A model generated the notes under the pieces. It was given only the letters and a program-made list of their open reading frames with translations, ran no database searches and was not told the DNA's origin. DNA of 64,000 nucleotides from positions 128,001 through 192,000 of the forward strand of contig CAYJQI010000001.1 of NCBI GenBank assembly GCA_964372485.1, given 5' to 3'. Each line of letters begins with the position of its first letter. The stretch's first letter is position 1. Below, in pieces: positions 26,444 through 36,780 of this stretch. This DNA is from an uncultured archaeon. GTDB taxonomy: Archaea > Aenigmatarchaeota > Aenigmatarchaeia > CG10238-14 > SCSR01. The position numbers and the translations under genes are program-made.

Positions 26444-27124
26444 TTAAGTTTTTAAATATGCTATCCATCGTGTAGGTGAAAATATTCTACCTAAAAATGG
26501 TATTTTTTCTTTATATTTTTCCAATCCGCCTCGTGTAGCTACACAAGCAATCCATTCTCTTCTTAATCCGAACTTATTTGGCATATCAGTATTCTCAACA
26601 CCAACATACCCATTGTCCTTTTCTGGATCTAACTCGTATTTTTCGCTTATCAGACCAGCTCTGTGAATTTGTTCTTCACCTGCTATAACAAGCACACGAT
26701 CTGTTCTCAATCCATTAAATCCGGCTCGCATATCTTCTGTCGTGTTCGTACCATTGAAAGGAGGTAAACTATAAGGGACATTTTGATTATCCAAATGAGC
26801 CGACATTAAACTAACATCCTGAGGTGTACCTGTAAGCCTTATAGAAGAGAACATATTAGCTCTATATAAATCTACAGCTGTGTTTATTCGGGATTTTGTA
26901 TAGTCGAAAGCTGGATCATTAAAATCATTCGGCTTGGGTACAATCCCACCACTGATGATTACGGCTTCCTCATATCTTTGTCCGAGGGAGGCAAGGTCTA
27001 CTTTTGGACAATCTCCTACTCTTGCTGCATTTGCTATATAAACTGCACCAATTACACCCAGACCTGCACCTACACCACATCTTACCTTAGGGTTTTTTAA
27101 AAGTCGGGTAACTTTATTCGACAT
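26444..27124 (-). CDS. membrane-anchored DUF218 / SanA-YdcF-like protein (tentative)
   Basis: 226 aa with an N-terminal hydrophobic segment. 'AVIISGG..', '..RINTAVDLYRANMFSSIRLTG..' and '..DRVLVIAGEEQIHRA' resemble the DUF218 pattern. Weak call. Confidence 0.4.
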   Translation of the reverse strand: MSNKVTRLLKNPKVRCGVGAGLGVIGAVYIANAARVGDCPKVDLASLGQRYEEAVIISGGIVPKPNDFNDPAFDYTKSRINTAVDLYRANMFSSIRLTGTPQDVSLMSAHLDNQNVPYSLPPFNGTNTTEDMRAGFNGLRTDRVLVIAGEEQIHRAGLISEKYELDPEKDNGYVGVENTDMPNKFGLRREWIACVATRGGLEKYKEKIPFLGRIFSPTRWIAYLKT

Positions 27125-27189
27125 ATAAATTCACTCGATAATACATCATACTGATCAACAAGAAAACATTTAAACATTCCTAATAGACT

Positions 27190-27816
27190 TTATTCCCTAT
27201 TAGCGTATCTGGCTCGCTTCTCTATTTCTTTCAACTGACTTAGAACTTCATTGGGTCTATTGCAAATTTCTTCATATCCCAGAAGAATGTTTTCCCATAC
27301 CAAATCGAAAATTTGGAAATGAGTTGATTTTACAGCTCCTTTCAGTAATTTAAGGTCTATGGCTTTCTCTTCAATTCTTTGTGTGAATTCACCTAGACTA
27401 AAATCAATAAAATAAATCTCACCATTTTTCAAGATCATGTTGGAAGTTGTCAGATCTCCATGAATGATGTTATTGTTGTGTAATTTACCTATCTGTTTTC
27501 CCAGTTGAATGGACAAGGATTTCACATCGTTTTCTGAGATTGAATTAAGATGTTCTTTTAACCTTTGACCATTTATATTTTCCATTAAAATTTTACAATT
27601 CGTTTCATCCACCTGTAGGATTTTTGGTGTTGGTATCCCTATTGATCTAACATCTGTTAGAAGCTTGACTTCTTTTTTGGTGCGTTGTCTTCTTAATTCA
27701 TCATCCAATTGTTTGATTCGGTAACCTTTTGATATTCTCTCCTTAACTATAACATCCTGTCCATCTAACGTATCGAGATACACCTTACTCTCAGCTCCTT
27801 GGTATAAAACTTGCAT
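27190..27816 (-). CDS. bud32: Bud32 / PRPK atypical kinase (KEOPS subunit)
   Basis: 208 aa. GAESKVYL..VKERISKGYR..ELDDELRRQRTKKEVKLL..IIHGDLTTSNMIL..IYFIDFSLG. Confidence 0.85.
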   Translation of the reverse strand: MQVLYQGAESKVYLDTLDGQDVIVKERISKGYRIKQLDDELRRQRTKKEVKLLTDVRSIGIPTPKILQVDETNCKILMENINGQRLKEHLNSISENDVKSLSIQLGKQIGKLHNNNIIHGDLTTSNMILKNGEIYFIDFSLGEFTQRIEEKAIDLKLLKGAVKSTHFQIFDLVWENILLGYEEICNRPNEVLSQLKEIEKRARYANRE

Positions 27817-27847
27817 GAATTAAAACCTGTTGTAAGATATTTAAATA

Positions 27848-28378
27848 ATGAACATTGATTGGAAAACTTATTCTATAGTTGGAGGTTCTTTACTATTGAT
27901 AATAACTCTGTTCTTCCTGGAAAAAGTATTCTTCTTCTTTGTGATTACTATTGCCGCACTTTTACTTGCAGTTATACTAGGATTGTTCCCACCGTTAAAG
28001 TATGCGGGTTTAGAACTTGTAACTTCCTCTACGATACTAGTCGGGATAATTTATGGACCTGTTCTTGGTGGGATATACGGGTTTACGATGTTACTTGCGC
28101 ATCTAGTCATCGGACAATATTACATAGGACCTTATCTCACATGGGTTCTTCCTGAATTTATATTACTTGGAATATTTTCTGGTATTTTCAAGGGCTCTAT
28201 GATAGGTCCTGTGGGAGTGGCGTTTGTAATTGGTATAAATTTGATAAGCATGCTCTTTACGTTTCTTGTAGAAAAAGATAGAGTTGGAAAAGAACTTCCG
28301 TATGTTATAGGAAATGTTATGATAAACTCATTCTTGATAACTCAAGCATTCACTCCAATAATAAATTGGATCAACTAG
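27848..28378 (+). CDS. polytopic membrane protein, unknown function
   Basis: 176 aa with about 5 TM helices. The alternative-frame ORF 27859..28155 is rejected. Confidence 0.5.
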   Translation: MNIDWKTYSIVGGSLLLIITLFFLEKVFFFFVITIAALLLAVILGLFPPLKYAGLELVTSSTILVGIIYGPVLGGIYGFTMLLAHLVIGQYYIGPYLTWVLPEFILLGIFSGIFKGSMIGPVGVAFVIGINLISMLFTFLVEKDRVGKELPYVIGNVMINSFLITQAFTPIINWIN

Positions 28379-29321
28379 CATCAGTAAGCCCATTCTCTGT
28401 AACTTTGAAAACAGCTTCGCCTTCCTGAATGTTAGGTGCATCAATAACTTTACAAATTCTTGTTCCTTCTTTTCCTCTTCTGAGATAAAGACGATAAGTT
28501 GACATGTGTGCAAGAATATTTCCACCAACAGGGCGTGTTGGGTCACCAAATAACATAGCTGGATCTGACATGACTTGATTTGTGATATAGACTGCTATAT
28601 TGTATGCATCGGCGAGTCTCATTAATTGATGAAGATGACGATTAAGTTTTTGTTGTCTTCCTGCAAGTTCACCTCGTCCAACAAAATCAGATCTAAAGTG
28701 AGAAGTGAGTGAATCTATAATGATTAATTTGATTTTTTTCTCCTCAATCATTTCTGGAGCTTTCTCTACAAGTAAAATTTGATGTTCTGTATTGAATGCG
28801 CGAGCGACGAAAATATTTCTTAAAACTTTTTCTGGTTCTAATTTCAATCCTCGTGCTATCTGTACAATTCTTTCTGGTCGAAATGTATTTTCAGTATCAA
28901 TAAAGAGACAGGAACCATCCAAACCACCCTTCTCTTTTGGAAGTTGAACTGACACCGCAAGTTGAAATGCGAGTTGACTTTTTCCAGATCCAAATTGTCC
29001 ATAAGCTTCTGTTATTGCTTGAGTTTCAATTCCACCTTGTAGAAGAGTGTCGAGACTTTTACTTCCAGTTGTTATTTTTGCGACTGTAGTTCTCTTTTCT
29101 AAAAGTTTGTCAGCAGTCTCATAACCAATATCCAACTTTTCTCGTATAGTGCTAATTATTTTAGCCGCAGTTGCTTCTCCTATTTCAGCAATGTTTGCAA
29201 GTTCTGTTGGAGATGATACAGCAATAACCATCGGGTCGGAATAACCAATACTTTTCAACTTCTCGGCAGTCTTTTCACCAACTCCGGGAATATCTTCAAC
29301 GTTGATTTCTTTCTTAGCCAT
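28371..29321 (-). CDS. radA: DNA repair and recombination protein RadA
   Basis: 316 aa. N-terminal HhH ([13 protein letters not shown]), Walker [17 protein letters not shown], Walker [14 protein letters not shown]. Confidence 0.95.
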   Translation of the reverse strand: MAKKEINVEDIPGVGEKTAEKLKSIGYSDPMVIAVSSPTELANIAEIGEATAAKIISTIREKLDIGYETADKLLEKRTTVAKITTGSKSLDTLLQGGIETQAITEAYGQFGSGKSQLAFQLAVSVQLPKEKGGLDGSCLFIDTENTFRPERIVQIARGLKLEPEKVLRNIFVARAFNTEHQILLVEKAPEMIEEKKIKLIIIDSLTSHFRSDFVGRGELAGRQQKLNRHLHQLMRLADAYNIAVYITNQVMSDPAMLFGDPTRPVGGNILAHMSTYRLYLRRGKEGTRICKVIDAPNIQEGEAVFKVTENGLTDAS

Positions 29322-30334
29322 TATACACCAACCAGCGATTCCACTTCACTTAGTAATCTTTTACTCTCTTCCAAAGGATTTATACCTTTAGAATCATTAA
29401 CCATCATTTCTAATCTGTCAAAGAGATTATTTTTCTTTACTCTTCCTGACAAAACGAATTCTTTACCCGAGATTTTATCAGATATCATCTTGTATCGTGT
29501 TTCAGGATCATGATTAAACAATTCTTGCGCAGTAATTTCTGTAAATCTCTCAGCACTTTCACGGAATAATACACATCTCAAATCTCCTGTACCATCGTCA
29601 ATAACGAACGATACAACAAGTTGATGATTTGGAGTCACTTCACCATGATCAGGACATTTATTATTTTCTGTTTTATTATTGCACATTGAACAAACATCGA
29701 AAATAAAATTACCTTTGAAGATTTGAACTATAGTTCCTTTTATTTCAAAATTTCCACCTGATACTATATCGGATATAACAGTTCTTTCTGGTGAAACATT
29801 AAAACCAGTTTTTGATAATTGTTCCACAGAAGGTAATTCCACATAACCGTCTACAGTGTGAATAGAGCCGAATCTACCAACAGAAATTTCAACCTCTCCG
29901 AAAATATTTTCACGGGAAAATCCATTATTAACTTGAACTACATCACCAATTGAAAGAACATCTTCTTCAAGCAATTTTACCTGATCATCCCATAACGGAA
30001 TTCTTATTGATCCTGTGTTATCGCCTATGAAAATATTTGCAACCCGTCCAGCAGAACCATTTGATTTTGTAAACTCATTTATTTTGGATATACGGAAAAT
30101 CCTTCCTATGACACTTACATTTCTTAATCCAACTGCGATGCTCTTGATAGATGGTCCTGAACTAGTCTGTTCTGGTAGATCTATACCCATTTCTTTTGCA
30201 ACCAAATATAACGCACCTTCCTTTGTTATTAATTCACTCATTTCAGAATGTTTCTTGTCAACAAGATTTAGTATGTCGTTCTTTTTAAGGTTAGACTTGT
30301 TCTCAAACTCTGCAACAAGAAAATTAAAATCCAT
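29321..30334 (-). CDS. replication protein A-like ssDNA-binding protein (OB folds plus zinc ribbon)
   Basis: 337 aa. Repeated OB-like segments (..[16 protein letters not shown]..; ..[20 protein letters not shown]..) and [22 protein letters not shown]-type 1-nt overlap with the radA start. Confidence 0.65.
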   Translation of the reverse strand: MDFNFLVAEFENKSNLKKNDILNLVDKKHSEMSELITKEGALYLVAKEMGIDLPEQTSSGPSIKSIAVGLRNVSVIGRIFRISKINEFTKSNGSAGRVANIFIGDNTGSIRIPLWDDQVKLLEEDVLSIGDVVQVNNGFSRENIFGEVEISVGRFGSIHTVDGYVELPSVEQLSKTGFNVSPERTVISDIVSGGNFEIKGTIVQIFKGNFIFDVCSMCNNKTENNKCPDHGEVTPNHQLVVSFVIDDGTGDLRCVLFRESAERFTEITAQELFNHDPETRYKMISDKISGKEFVLSGRVKKNNLFDRLEMMVNDSKGINPLEESKRLLSEVESLVGV

Positions 30335-30368
30335 GAAATTTGTATGTTATTTAATTCTAAAATAGATG

Positions 30369-30575
30369 TTATTTGTTTCTGGAAAGCCGAATGTCTTCGC
30401 CGATTATAGTTTTACGTCCTGCATGTTTGGCAAGTGCTGCAGCTTCTTTGGCAATATGCATCATTCTTTCTTCCATTATATTTGCAAATTCCTCCAATGC
30501 ATCTTGAGAAACTCGTTTAGCACCAACCTTTTTTAAAATTCTCTCGAAAGGAAGTTTCGGTAAAATATTTGCCAT
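30369..30575 (-). CDS. archaeal histone (HMf family)
   Basis: 68 aa. [58 protein letters not shown] aligns by eye to the HMfB histone fold. Confidence 0.9.
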   Translation of the reverse strand: MANILPKLPFERILKKVGAKRVSQDALEEFANIMEERMMHIAKEAAALAKHAGRKTIIGEDIRLSRNK

Positions 30576-30599
30576 AAGTAAGATTGAGATTGGTTAATA

Positions 30600-30851
30600 T
30601 TAAACTTTTTCAGTAGGTTCTTTTTCAAATTCTCTCATAATCCAAACTACGATTAGAGAAATTGTAGCTATAAAACTGACCAATGCACCAAAAATTGAAA
30701 ATATTGGACTAATTCCTCGTGTACTTATTATGTTGATGCCAATGCCAAGTGAAAGTATCATTGCACCTACAAAAATAACAAGTATTGAATAGTTTTCTGC
30801 AGTTTCTAACTTGTCTTTTCCTTTCAATTTTGATAAACTTAGAGACACCAT
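30600..30851 (-). CDS. small membrane protein (2 TM)
   Basis: 83 aa, starting 8 nt downstream of aglB on the same strand. Confidence 0.4.
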   Translation of the reverse strand: MVSLSLSKLKGKDKLETAENYSILVIFVGAMILSLGIGINIISTRGISPIFSIFGALVSFIATISLIVVWIMREFEKEPTEKV

Positions 30852-30858
30852 ATGATCA

Positions 30859-32991
30859 CTATATTTTTGCCTTGAATATCTTAACTTCTGGATTAGAATA
30901 CATTAAATCAAAATTACTTAAACCTTGTCCATCAAAGAAGAACATTCTTGTAAATATGGAATCTCGTATTTGCTGATCCATGAAAATAATTGTTCTAAAG
31001 CTTGGATCGATCCAAACCATTCCATCTATAGTTGCATTTGGAAATGTTGAATGCACTCTACCTGTTTCTGTATAAAATACAACATCACTCACCACCGCAT
31101 TACGAACTCCTTCAGATGGAACATTTACAACAGCTATCAAATCAGTTCCATTTTGTAATAATGTAGTTGTGAAACCGCCTTGTGTATAGATTGGTAAACC
31201 TTGTGCATCAAAGTTTGAAAATGGCACTTGAACATAATTTCTTCCATCACACTGCCATTTATCCCCGTGAGTAGTATTCCACAATTGCATATCAAAGTTA
31301 CCGAAACAACTCATCCAATAGTACTTTCCAATCAAATCACTAGTTGCTAGGACATAAACTTCTGAGACATCTTTACATGCATCATCGGGAACTTGAACAT
31401 TTGGGAAAGATTTCTTTGCAGTTTCACATTGTTCTTCGGTCAAGTGAGTATATTTTTTCAATAGATCTAATGACTCGTCCTCATTGCTAGTTGAAAATAT
31501 TTTACCCATATCTCTGATTCTAACATTATGATTGTACGGCGTACATCCCCCACAGTGAGCACCATCTGCATGAGCTTTCAATCCCGTATATCCGGTAATT
31601 ATGTGTCCTGGATCCCACCAAGTTGATATCAAAGAATCTTTATCAGCATTAACCTTCAACCAATCGAGTCCATCATACCAATTCTGACTTATTGCCAAAC
31701 CACTTCCTGATTTTCCTATTTGTATGGCGCCAGATATCAAAACAAAAGTGAATATAGATATTAACGCAAATACCGATGCAAACAACAAAATATTTTTGCC
31801 TTTAAGATAGTTATACAAATTGCCAATAACATAACCTGTGGAAACAGCATTGGATATCATGAAGAATAGAGAGAACCTTATACCTGTCGAAATTAAATAA
31901 AATGAAACTAGCCACCATATTGACAAAAATATTTCAACAAAACTGATTTTTTCCTTTTTGAAAAATTTATACGCCATTAATATTGGTAATCCGAAAAGTG
32001 ATAATGCCATTGGAAGAATTTGTAATGAACTAGATCCAACGGGTAAAAGAAAACCAACCCTTTCAGCAATAGTATGAAGCCCTGAAACAGAAAAAACATT
32101 TATTGTCTGCAATTCTGCAACTGAAATGTTAACAATCAGACGTTCACCGGCAATACCAGTAAATCCTAAACCGCCTATCAGTGCATGGAACATTGTGTTA
32201 AAATTCAGTAAATATCCTATGATGTTTGTAACTACAAAAATGATCACCAAAGGAATGAGAATCGCTTTAGTATCTGGAATTAAATTTTTGAAATGCAATC
32301 TAAACTTTTTCTGATGCCACATTTCCTCCAAAAGTCTGAAAATAACAAATGCGGGAATGAAAACTAGAAACAACAACAGTACAAACCAACCGCCTTCCCA
32401 ATTATAGACAAACAAAAGAGTACTAACTATCGCAAAAAGATAGTAAGGTATATTTTTGAGTTTCAGTGCAGAGTTTTTGAGTGCTAAAAATATGGCAAAC
32501 ACCGACAGGAACATGTAAAACACGGTAGGTGCATCTGTATCCAAATAACCAGCCATTGAAACACCAATGAAAATAGGAGCTGTTACTGCAAACAATCCTG
32601 TTAACAATCCACCAATATTATTTGATAGTAGTCGACCCAATAGAAATGCAGGTATTGGTATTAAGGCAACCAACAACAGTGGAGCAAGCTTACCTACGTC
32701 CATCATTTCAATACTACTTGAAAAACCATTCAGAATTTTGTACAAATATGCTATTGTATACGGCCACCCAACTGAAATTTGAACAGGTCTTCCCGGTGGG
32801 TAATATGTTAAACTATCCCATTCGGGTGTTTTGTAATCGTTTTGAACTATGTCTTCTGCATATCTGTAAAAATACCACGGATCATAGTCAAGAACTGTTG
32901 GCAAACTGAGTGTGCTACTTCGAATAAACACTCCCAAGAAAATTATAGCTCCCAAAGCAGCCGATAAGAGCAGGATATTCTTGATATTCAT
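30859..32991 (-). CDS. aglB: dolichyl-phosphooligosaccharide-protein glycotransferase (archaeal oligosaccharyltransferase, STT3 family)
   Basis: 710 aa with about 13 N-terminal TM helices. The catalytic-loop motif STWWDPGH is a WWDYG variant, followed by a soluble C-terminal domain. Confidence 0.85.
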   Translation of the reverse strand: MNIKNILLLSAALGAIIFLGVFIRSSTLSLPTVLDYDPWYFYRYAEDIVQNDYKTPEWDSLTYYPPGRPVQISVGWPYTIAYLYKILNGFSSSIEMMDVGKLAPLLLVALIPIPAFLLGRLLSNNIGGLLTGLFAVTAPIFIGVSMAGYLDTDAPTVFYMFLSVFAIFLALKNSALKLKNIPYYLFAIVSTLLFVYNWEGGWFVLLLFLVFIPAFVIFRLLEEMWHQKKFRLHFKNLIPDTKAILIPLVIIFVVTNIIGYLLNFNTMFHALIGGLGFTGIAGERLIVNISVAELQTINVFSVSGLHTIAERVGFLLPVGSSSLQILPMALSLFGLPILMAYKFFKKEKISFVEIFLSIWWLVSFYLISTGIRFSLFFMISNAVSTGYVIGNLYNYLKGKNILLFASVFALISIFTFVLISGAIQIGKSGSGLAISQNWYDGLDWLKVNADKDSLISTWWDPGHIITGYTGLKAHADGAHCGGCTPYNHNVRIRDMGKIFSTSNEDESLDLLKKYTHLTEEQCETAKKSFPNVQVPDDACKDVSEVYVLATSDLIGKYYWMSCFGNFDMQLWNTTHGDKWQCDGRNYVQVPFSNFDAQGLPIYTQGGFTTTLLQNGTDLIAVVNVPSEGVRNAVVSDVVFYTETGRVHSTFPNATIDGMVWIDPSFRTIIFMDQQIRDSIFTRMFFFDGQGLSNFDLMYSNPEVKIFKAKI

Positions 32992-33029
32992 TAGAAAACC
33001 TATCTAATTATTCGCTTAAATCTTTTTAA

Positions 33030-33758
33030 TTAGTCCCCTTTTCTGTAAAATAAATCGAATACTTGAGAAAAGAAGTTCAACGGTGTTATGCACAGGAGCT
33101 TGTCCATGAAATCCAGTGGTGCATAGAATTTATCGAATGATTTGCCTAGGTAATTGTTTACTCGACAAACTTGAGCTGGGATTAGGAAACGTCTTTTTAT
33201 TATAAAGTTGTTGATATCGTTCGATTTTAGCAAAATTTTCAGATCATTTCTTGTGTATTTTATTTCATGTGACCAAATTCCCACTTTGCTTGCCATAAAT
33301 TCATTTATAGAATATTTGTTGGGGATGTTGAAAATAAATGCAACTCCACCATCTTTTAAAACTCGGAGATTTTCCTTTATGAATTTCTGATCACTGGGGA
33401 CATGTTCGATTACACCAAATGAAACAACCATGTCAAATTCCTTATCCTTGAATTGTAAGTTTGTAGCGTCTCCGATGAAATACTTGATGTCGTGTTTCTG
33501 ATATTCATCCCATGAAGAAAATTTTTGTATATCTATACCCGTAAGATCTGCTTTAGGATTAATTTTTTTAATCATGGCCGTTGTCATTCCTCGACCACAT
33601 CCTATATCTAAAATTTTAGAATCGTCTTTAATGAATTGACTTACTTCGCTAAGTTGCCGTTCGTATCTTCTCCAATTTAAGTTGCTTAGTACACCGCAAC
33701 CTTCAGTGTCAGTTTTTATAGACTCTAAAGAAATTTTTCTTATCGCGCTAAAATCCAT
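33030..33758 (-). CDS. class I SAM-dependent methyltransferase
   Basis: 242 aa. Motif I ILDIGCGRGMTTAMI, then ..FDMVVSFGVIEHV. Confidence 0.7.
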   Translation of the reverse strand: MDFSAIRKISLESIKTDTEGCGVLSNLNWRRYERQLSEVSQFIKDDSKILDIGCGRGMTTAMIKKINPKADLTGIDIQKFSSWDEYQKHDIKYFIGDATNLQFKDKEFDMVVSFGVIEHVPSDQKFIKENLRVLKDGGVAFIFNIPNKYSINEFMASKVGIWSHEIKYTRNDLKILLKSNDINNFIIKRRFLIPAQVCRVNNYLGKSFDKFYAPLDFMDKLLCITPLNFFSQVFDLFYRKGD

Positions 33759-33794
33759 AATAATACCTAATTTAAAAATTTAATAACTTGACTC

Positions 33795-34958
33795 CTATTT
33801 TAGATTTTTATTTTCTATAAGTTTGTTATAAATCTCCAAGTGGGCATTGACTGATTTTTCCCATGTGAATTGTTTAGAGTAATCGATAGAATTCTTTCCG
33901 AATTCCTCGCGAAGGGATTTGTTATTGTAAAGTTTAATAAGATTTTGTGAAAAACTTTCGGGGTCAGATGAAGATAACAATCCTGTGTTGTTAGTGATTA
34001 TTCTTTCTGGATGAGATCCGAGATTAGTACCGATAGTAGGTACACCGCATGCAGATGCTTCGGCTAACAAGAAACAAAATCCATCAGATAAAGCAGGACA
34101 TATTACAACATCGCATGCTTTGTAAAAGTTTTGTGTTTCATCATGAGGTATTTTACCAAGATAGATTACATTTTCTTGGATCTGAAGGTCATGAATAAGA
34201 GGAATAAGATCTTCGAACCCACTTCCGCCTAATACTAATCTGAGATTAGGTATTTGTTTTGCAGAAATGCTGATAGTTTTTAGAAGAGATTTGATGTTTT
34301 TAGCTTGAGTTGTTTTTTTAATGTTCAATCTTCCAAGATAACCAACTGTGAAATTGTCAGTTAGATTGAATTCTTTCCTATAATCTTTAGAATTGGGCGA
34401 CTTGAAATCAATTCCATGGGGGATGACTGTTATTTTGTTGCTTGGAGTGCCTTGGTTGATTAAACTTTGTTTTGAATATTCTGATGGGCATGCAAACCAA
34501 TCATAGGGAGCTCGTGCCATAGATTTTTCGAAAAGAGGATAAAGATTTTTCTCTACAAAGTTCTGTCCAACATTTTTCCATAGGGGACCATAGAGCTCAT
34601 GACAGAAGAGAAGTGAAGGTTTCCCAGCATATTTTGATATGAACCATCCAGAAAAGCCAGCCACTAGTGAGTTGGATTGAACTATATCCATTTTTTTAGC
34701 AATTTTTATTGCCGGTATTACAGATGTTGCAAAAAATGATTGTCTTCCTGGAAAAAGATATCGATTTGGATAGAAAATTGGAACGCGATGTATGTTGATT
34801 CCATCTAAAGTTTCGGAATTTGTTGTGTTGGGTATTTTTGCTGTAAGCCAGTGAACGTCATGTCCTTCTTTCACTAGTCTAGATCCTAAATTTAGGACAT
34901 AATTTTCAGCCCCACCCCAAACTGGAGGTGCCAAGTCAGAAATTATCATTATTTTCAT
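33795..34958 (-). CDS. glycosyltransferase, GT-B fold (GT4 / group 1)
   Basis: 387 aa. MKIMIISDLAPPVWGGAENYV.. and C-terminal ..FCFLLAEASACGVPTIGTNLGSHPERI (E-x7-E region). Confidence 0.8.
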   Translation of the reverse strand: MKIMIISDLAPPVWGGAENYVLNLGSRLVKEGHDVHWLTAKIPNTTNSETLDGINIHRVPIFYPNRYLFPGRQSFFATSVIPAIKIAKKMDIVQSNSLVAGFSGWFISKYAGKPSLLFCHELYGPLWKNVGQNFVEKNLYPLFEKSMARAPYDWFACPSEYSKQSLINQGTPSNKITVIPHGIDFKSPNSKDYRKEFNLTDNFTVGYLGRLNIKKTTQAKNIKSLLKTISISAKQIPNLRLVLGGSGFEDLIPLIHDLQIQENVIYLGKIPHDETQNFYKACDVVICPALSDGFCFLLAEASACGVPTIGTNLGSHPERIITNNTGLLSSSDPESFSQNLIKLYNNKSLREEFGKNSIDYSKQFTWEKSVNAHLEIYNKLIENKNLK

Positions 34959-34991
34959 GAAATCTTGTATACTAGGTTAAAACAGAATTAT

Positions 34992-35954
34992 TTATAATAC
35001 ACTGGACCAGTGTTGAATGGATCGTTGAAGACCATCATCTAACGACACTTTCGGTTCCCATCCCAATTTATTTTTGATTTTGTTCGAGTCGAGTAATATG
35101 AAAGGTTGGTCAGATACTAATGGTCTGTATGGGTAATCTGGTGGGTAGGATCCGAAAACTAATTTGCTTTGATCAAAGCCTATTTTTTGAGCAATTTTCA
35201 GTGTAAGCTCCTTGTTTGTAAGACCAACACCTGTACTAACATTGAAAACTTCTCTCTGAGATGCTAAATTTTCTACGGCTAGGACATAAGCGTTGACATG
35301 ATCATCAACATACATGTAATCTCGTATCGAATCAGGTGCACCGACGTAGATTTTGTTGCCTTTCAACATTTCTGTCACAAGATATTCAACAACAAAACTT
35401 TTGTCAAACTTTCTCCCGAAAGAATTTGTTGCTCTCATGATAGTTGCATTCAATCCATAACTATCAATCATCATTCGAAGGTACATATCGGCTGCGACTT
35501 TGGAGATTGCATATGGACTGGATGGATTTAATGTGGCTTCTTCTGTTATAGGTTGAACTTTTTGTATTCCATAAACTTCAGCAGTAGATGCTGTAATTAA
35601 TCTGCGATTTTTAAAGTCTGGAAGTTCGAGAAGTGAATAAGCAATATTCATCGTGCCTATCAAATTTGCCTGCATATACTCGAAAGGTCGTTCGAAAGAA
35701 AGCCTAACAGGCGATAATGCAGCTAAATGCACTACAACATCGGGGTTGACCGATTTCAATGCGTTCAATGTTGACAAAAAGTTTGTCATATCGCCATTGA
35801 CCAATGAAACATCTGATAAAAAGTTTTTGAAAATCCTTACATCCCTGCTTGGAACGTGTTTAACTAGTCCGAAAACTTCATGATTTCGTTTAACAAGTTC
35901 TGATGCAAGATGACTTCCTATGAATCCTGTTACACCCGTAATTAGAATTTTCAT
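34992..35954 (-). CDS. NAD-dependent nucleotide-sugar epimerase/dehydratase/reductase (extended SDR)
   Basis: 320 aa. MKILITGVTGFIGSHL with catalytic SPYAISKVAAD (YxxxK). Confidence 0.8.
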   Translation of the reverse strand: MKILITGVTGFIGSHLASELVKRNHEVFGLVKHVPSRDVRIFKNFLSDVSLVNGDMTNFLSTLNALKSVNPDVVVHLAALSPVRLSFERPFEYMQANLIGTMNIAYSLLELPDFKNRRLITASTAEVYGIQKVQPITEEATLNPSSPYAISKVAADMYLRMMIDSYGLNATIMRATNSFGRKFDKSFVVEYLVTEMLKGNKIYVGAPDSIRDYMYVDDHVNAYVLAVENLASQREVFNVSTGVGLTNKELTLKIAQKIGFDQSKLVFGSYPPDYPYRPLVSDQPFILLDSNKIKNKLGWEPKVSLDDGLQRSIQHWSSVL

Positions 35955-36676
35955 TATTGATCAAATCCCATAAGTTTGAATTCTTCGTCTGCTCTCATTA
36001 TATCTTTAACCGTGTTGACTGTGATCCATCTCTCGTTTGAATTAATTTTGTATGCTTTCAAAGCACTCATATCAGCAAGTTGTGGAAACGTAATTTTTTC
36101 TATGTGACCTTTTTCTGGAAGGTACTTTAAGATATTTTTATTGAAAACATAAATTCCTGTGCTGACGAATTTGTCTGTTATAATTGGTTTTTCTTTAAAT
36201 CCCACTATGTTGTCTTCCCAAAGTTCTATAATTCCAAAGGGTGATTTTAGTGGTGAGATTGCAATTGTTGCGACAGATTTGTTGTTCAGATGGAATTCTA
36301 TCATTTTTGATAAATTCATATTTGTAATCTCATCTCCATTCATTGCAACAAAATTTTCGTCTTTAACGTGTCGTTCAATAGCAAGTCTAAAGCCTTCACC
36401 AGTCTCTCCGTCGACTGTATGTTCGCTTATTAGGATGTTTAAACCAAAATTATCGTTTTTAACATAATCTATAACCATTTCTTTTTTGTAAGCAACACCT
36501 AGGACAACATTTTTGATGCCGTGACTCTTTAGCCAGTTCAAAATCCAGTACAAAATAGGCTTACCACCCACTTCTATCATACATTTCGGTCTTTCATTAG
36601 TCAAAGGTTGCATACGTAAAGAAGCCCCACCCACAAGTAAAACAGCTGTTTCAACATTATTCTGCATATGAACCAA
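35954..36676 (-). CDS. sugar-phosphate nucleotidyltransferase
   Basis: 240 aa. AVLLVGGASLRMQPLTNERPKCMIEVGGKPIL is the G-x-G-x-R..P-K signature. Its stop shares one base with the start of the next gene. Confidence 0.8.
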   Translation of the reverse strand: MVHMQNNVETAVLLVGGASLRMQPLTNERPKCMIEVGGKPILYWILNWLKSHGIKNVVLGVAYKKEMVIDYVKNDNFGLNILISEHTVDGETGEGFRLAIERHVKDENFVAMNGDEITNMNLSKMIEFHLNNKSVATIAISPLKSPFGIIELWEDNIVGFKEKPIITDKFVSTGIYVFNKNILKYLPEKGHIEKITFPQLADMSALKAYKINSNERWITVNTVKDIMRADEEFKLMGFDQ

Positions 36677-36780
36677 AAGAAAATTAACAAATATAAAGCT
36701 TTATACTTTCCTAAGGAAGTTCCGATTGAAATTATAAAAAGGCTTATTGTTTAGTTTAATTGAGAGATGTGATGTTATAG

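Noticed and set aside
27190-27816. Stand-alone bud32 without an adjacent or fused kae1
   Set aside because: Separation of the two genes occurs in various archaea, and kae1 may simply lie elsewhere. Not informative from this window alone.
27859-28155. 98-aa + strand ORF in an alternative frame of 27848..28378
   Set aside because: The overlapping longer frame encodes regular TM helices. The alternative frame is Cys/Arg/Trp-rich nonsense typical of an off-frame translation.
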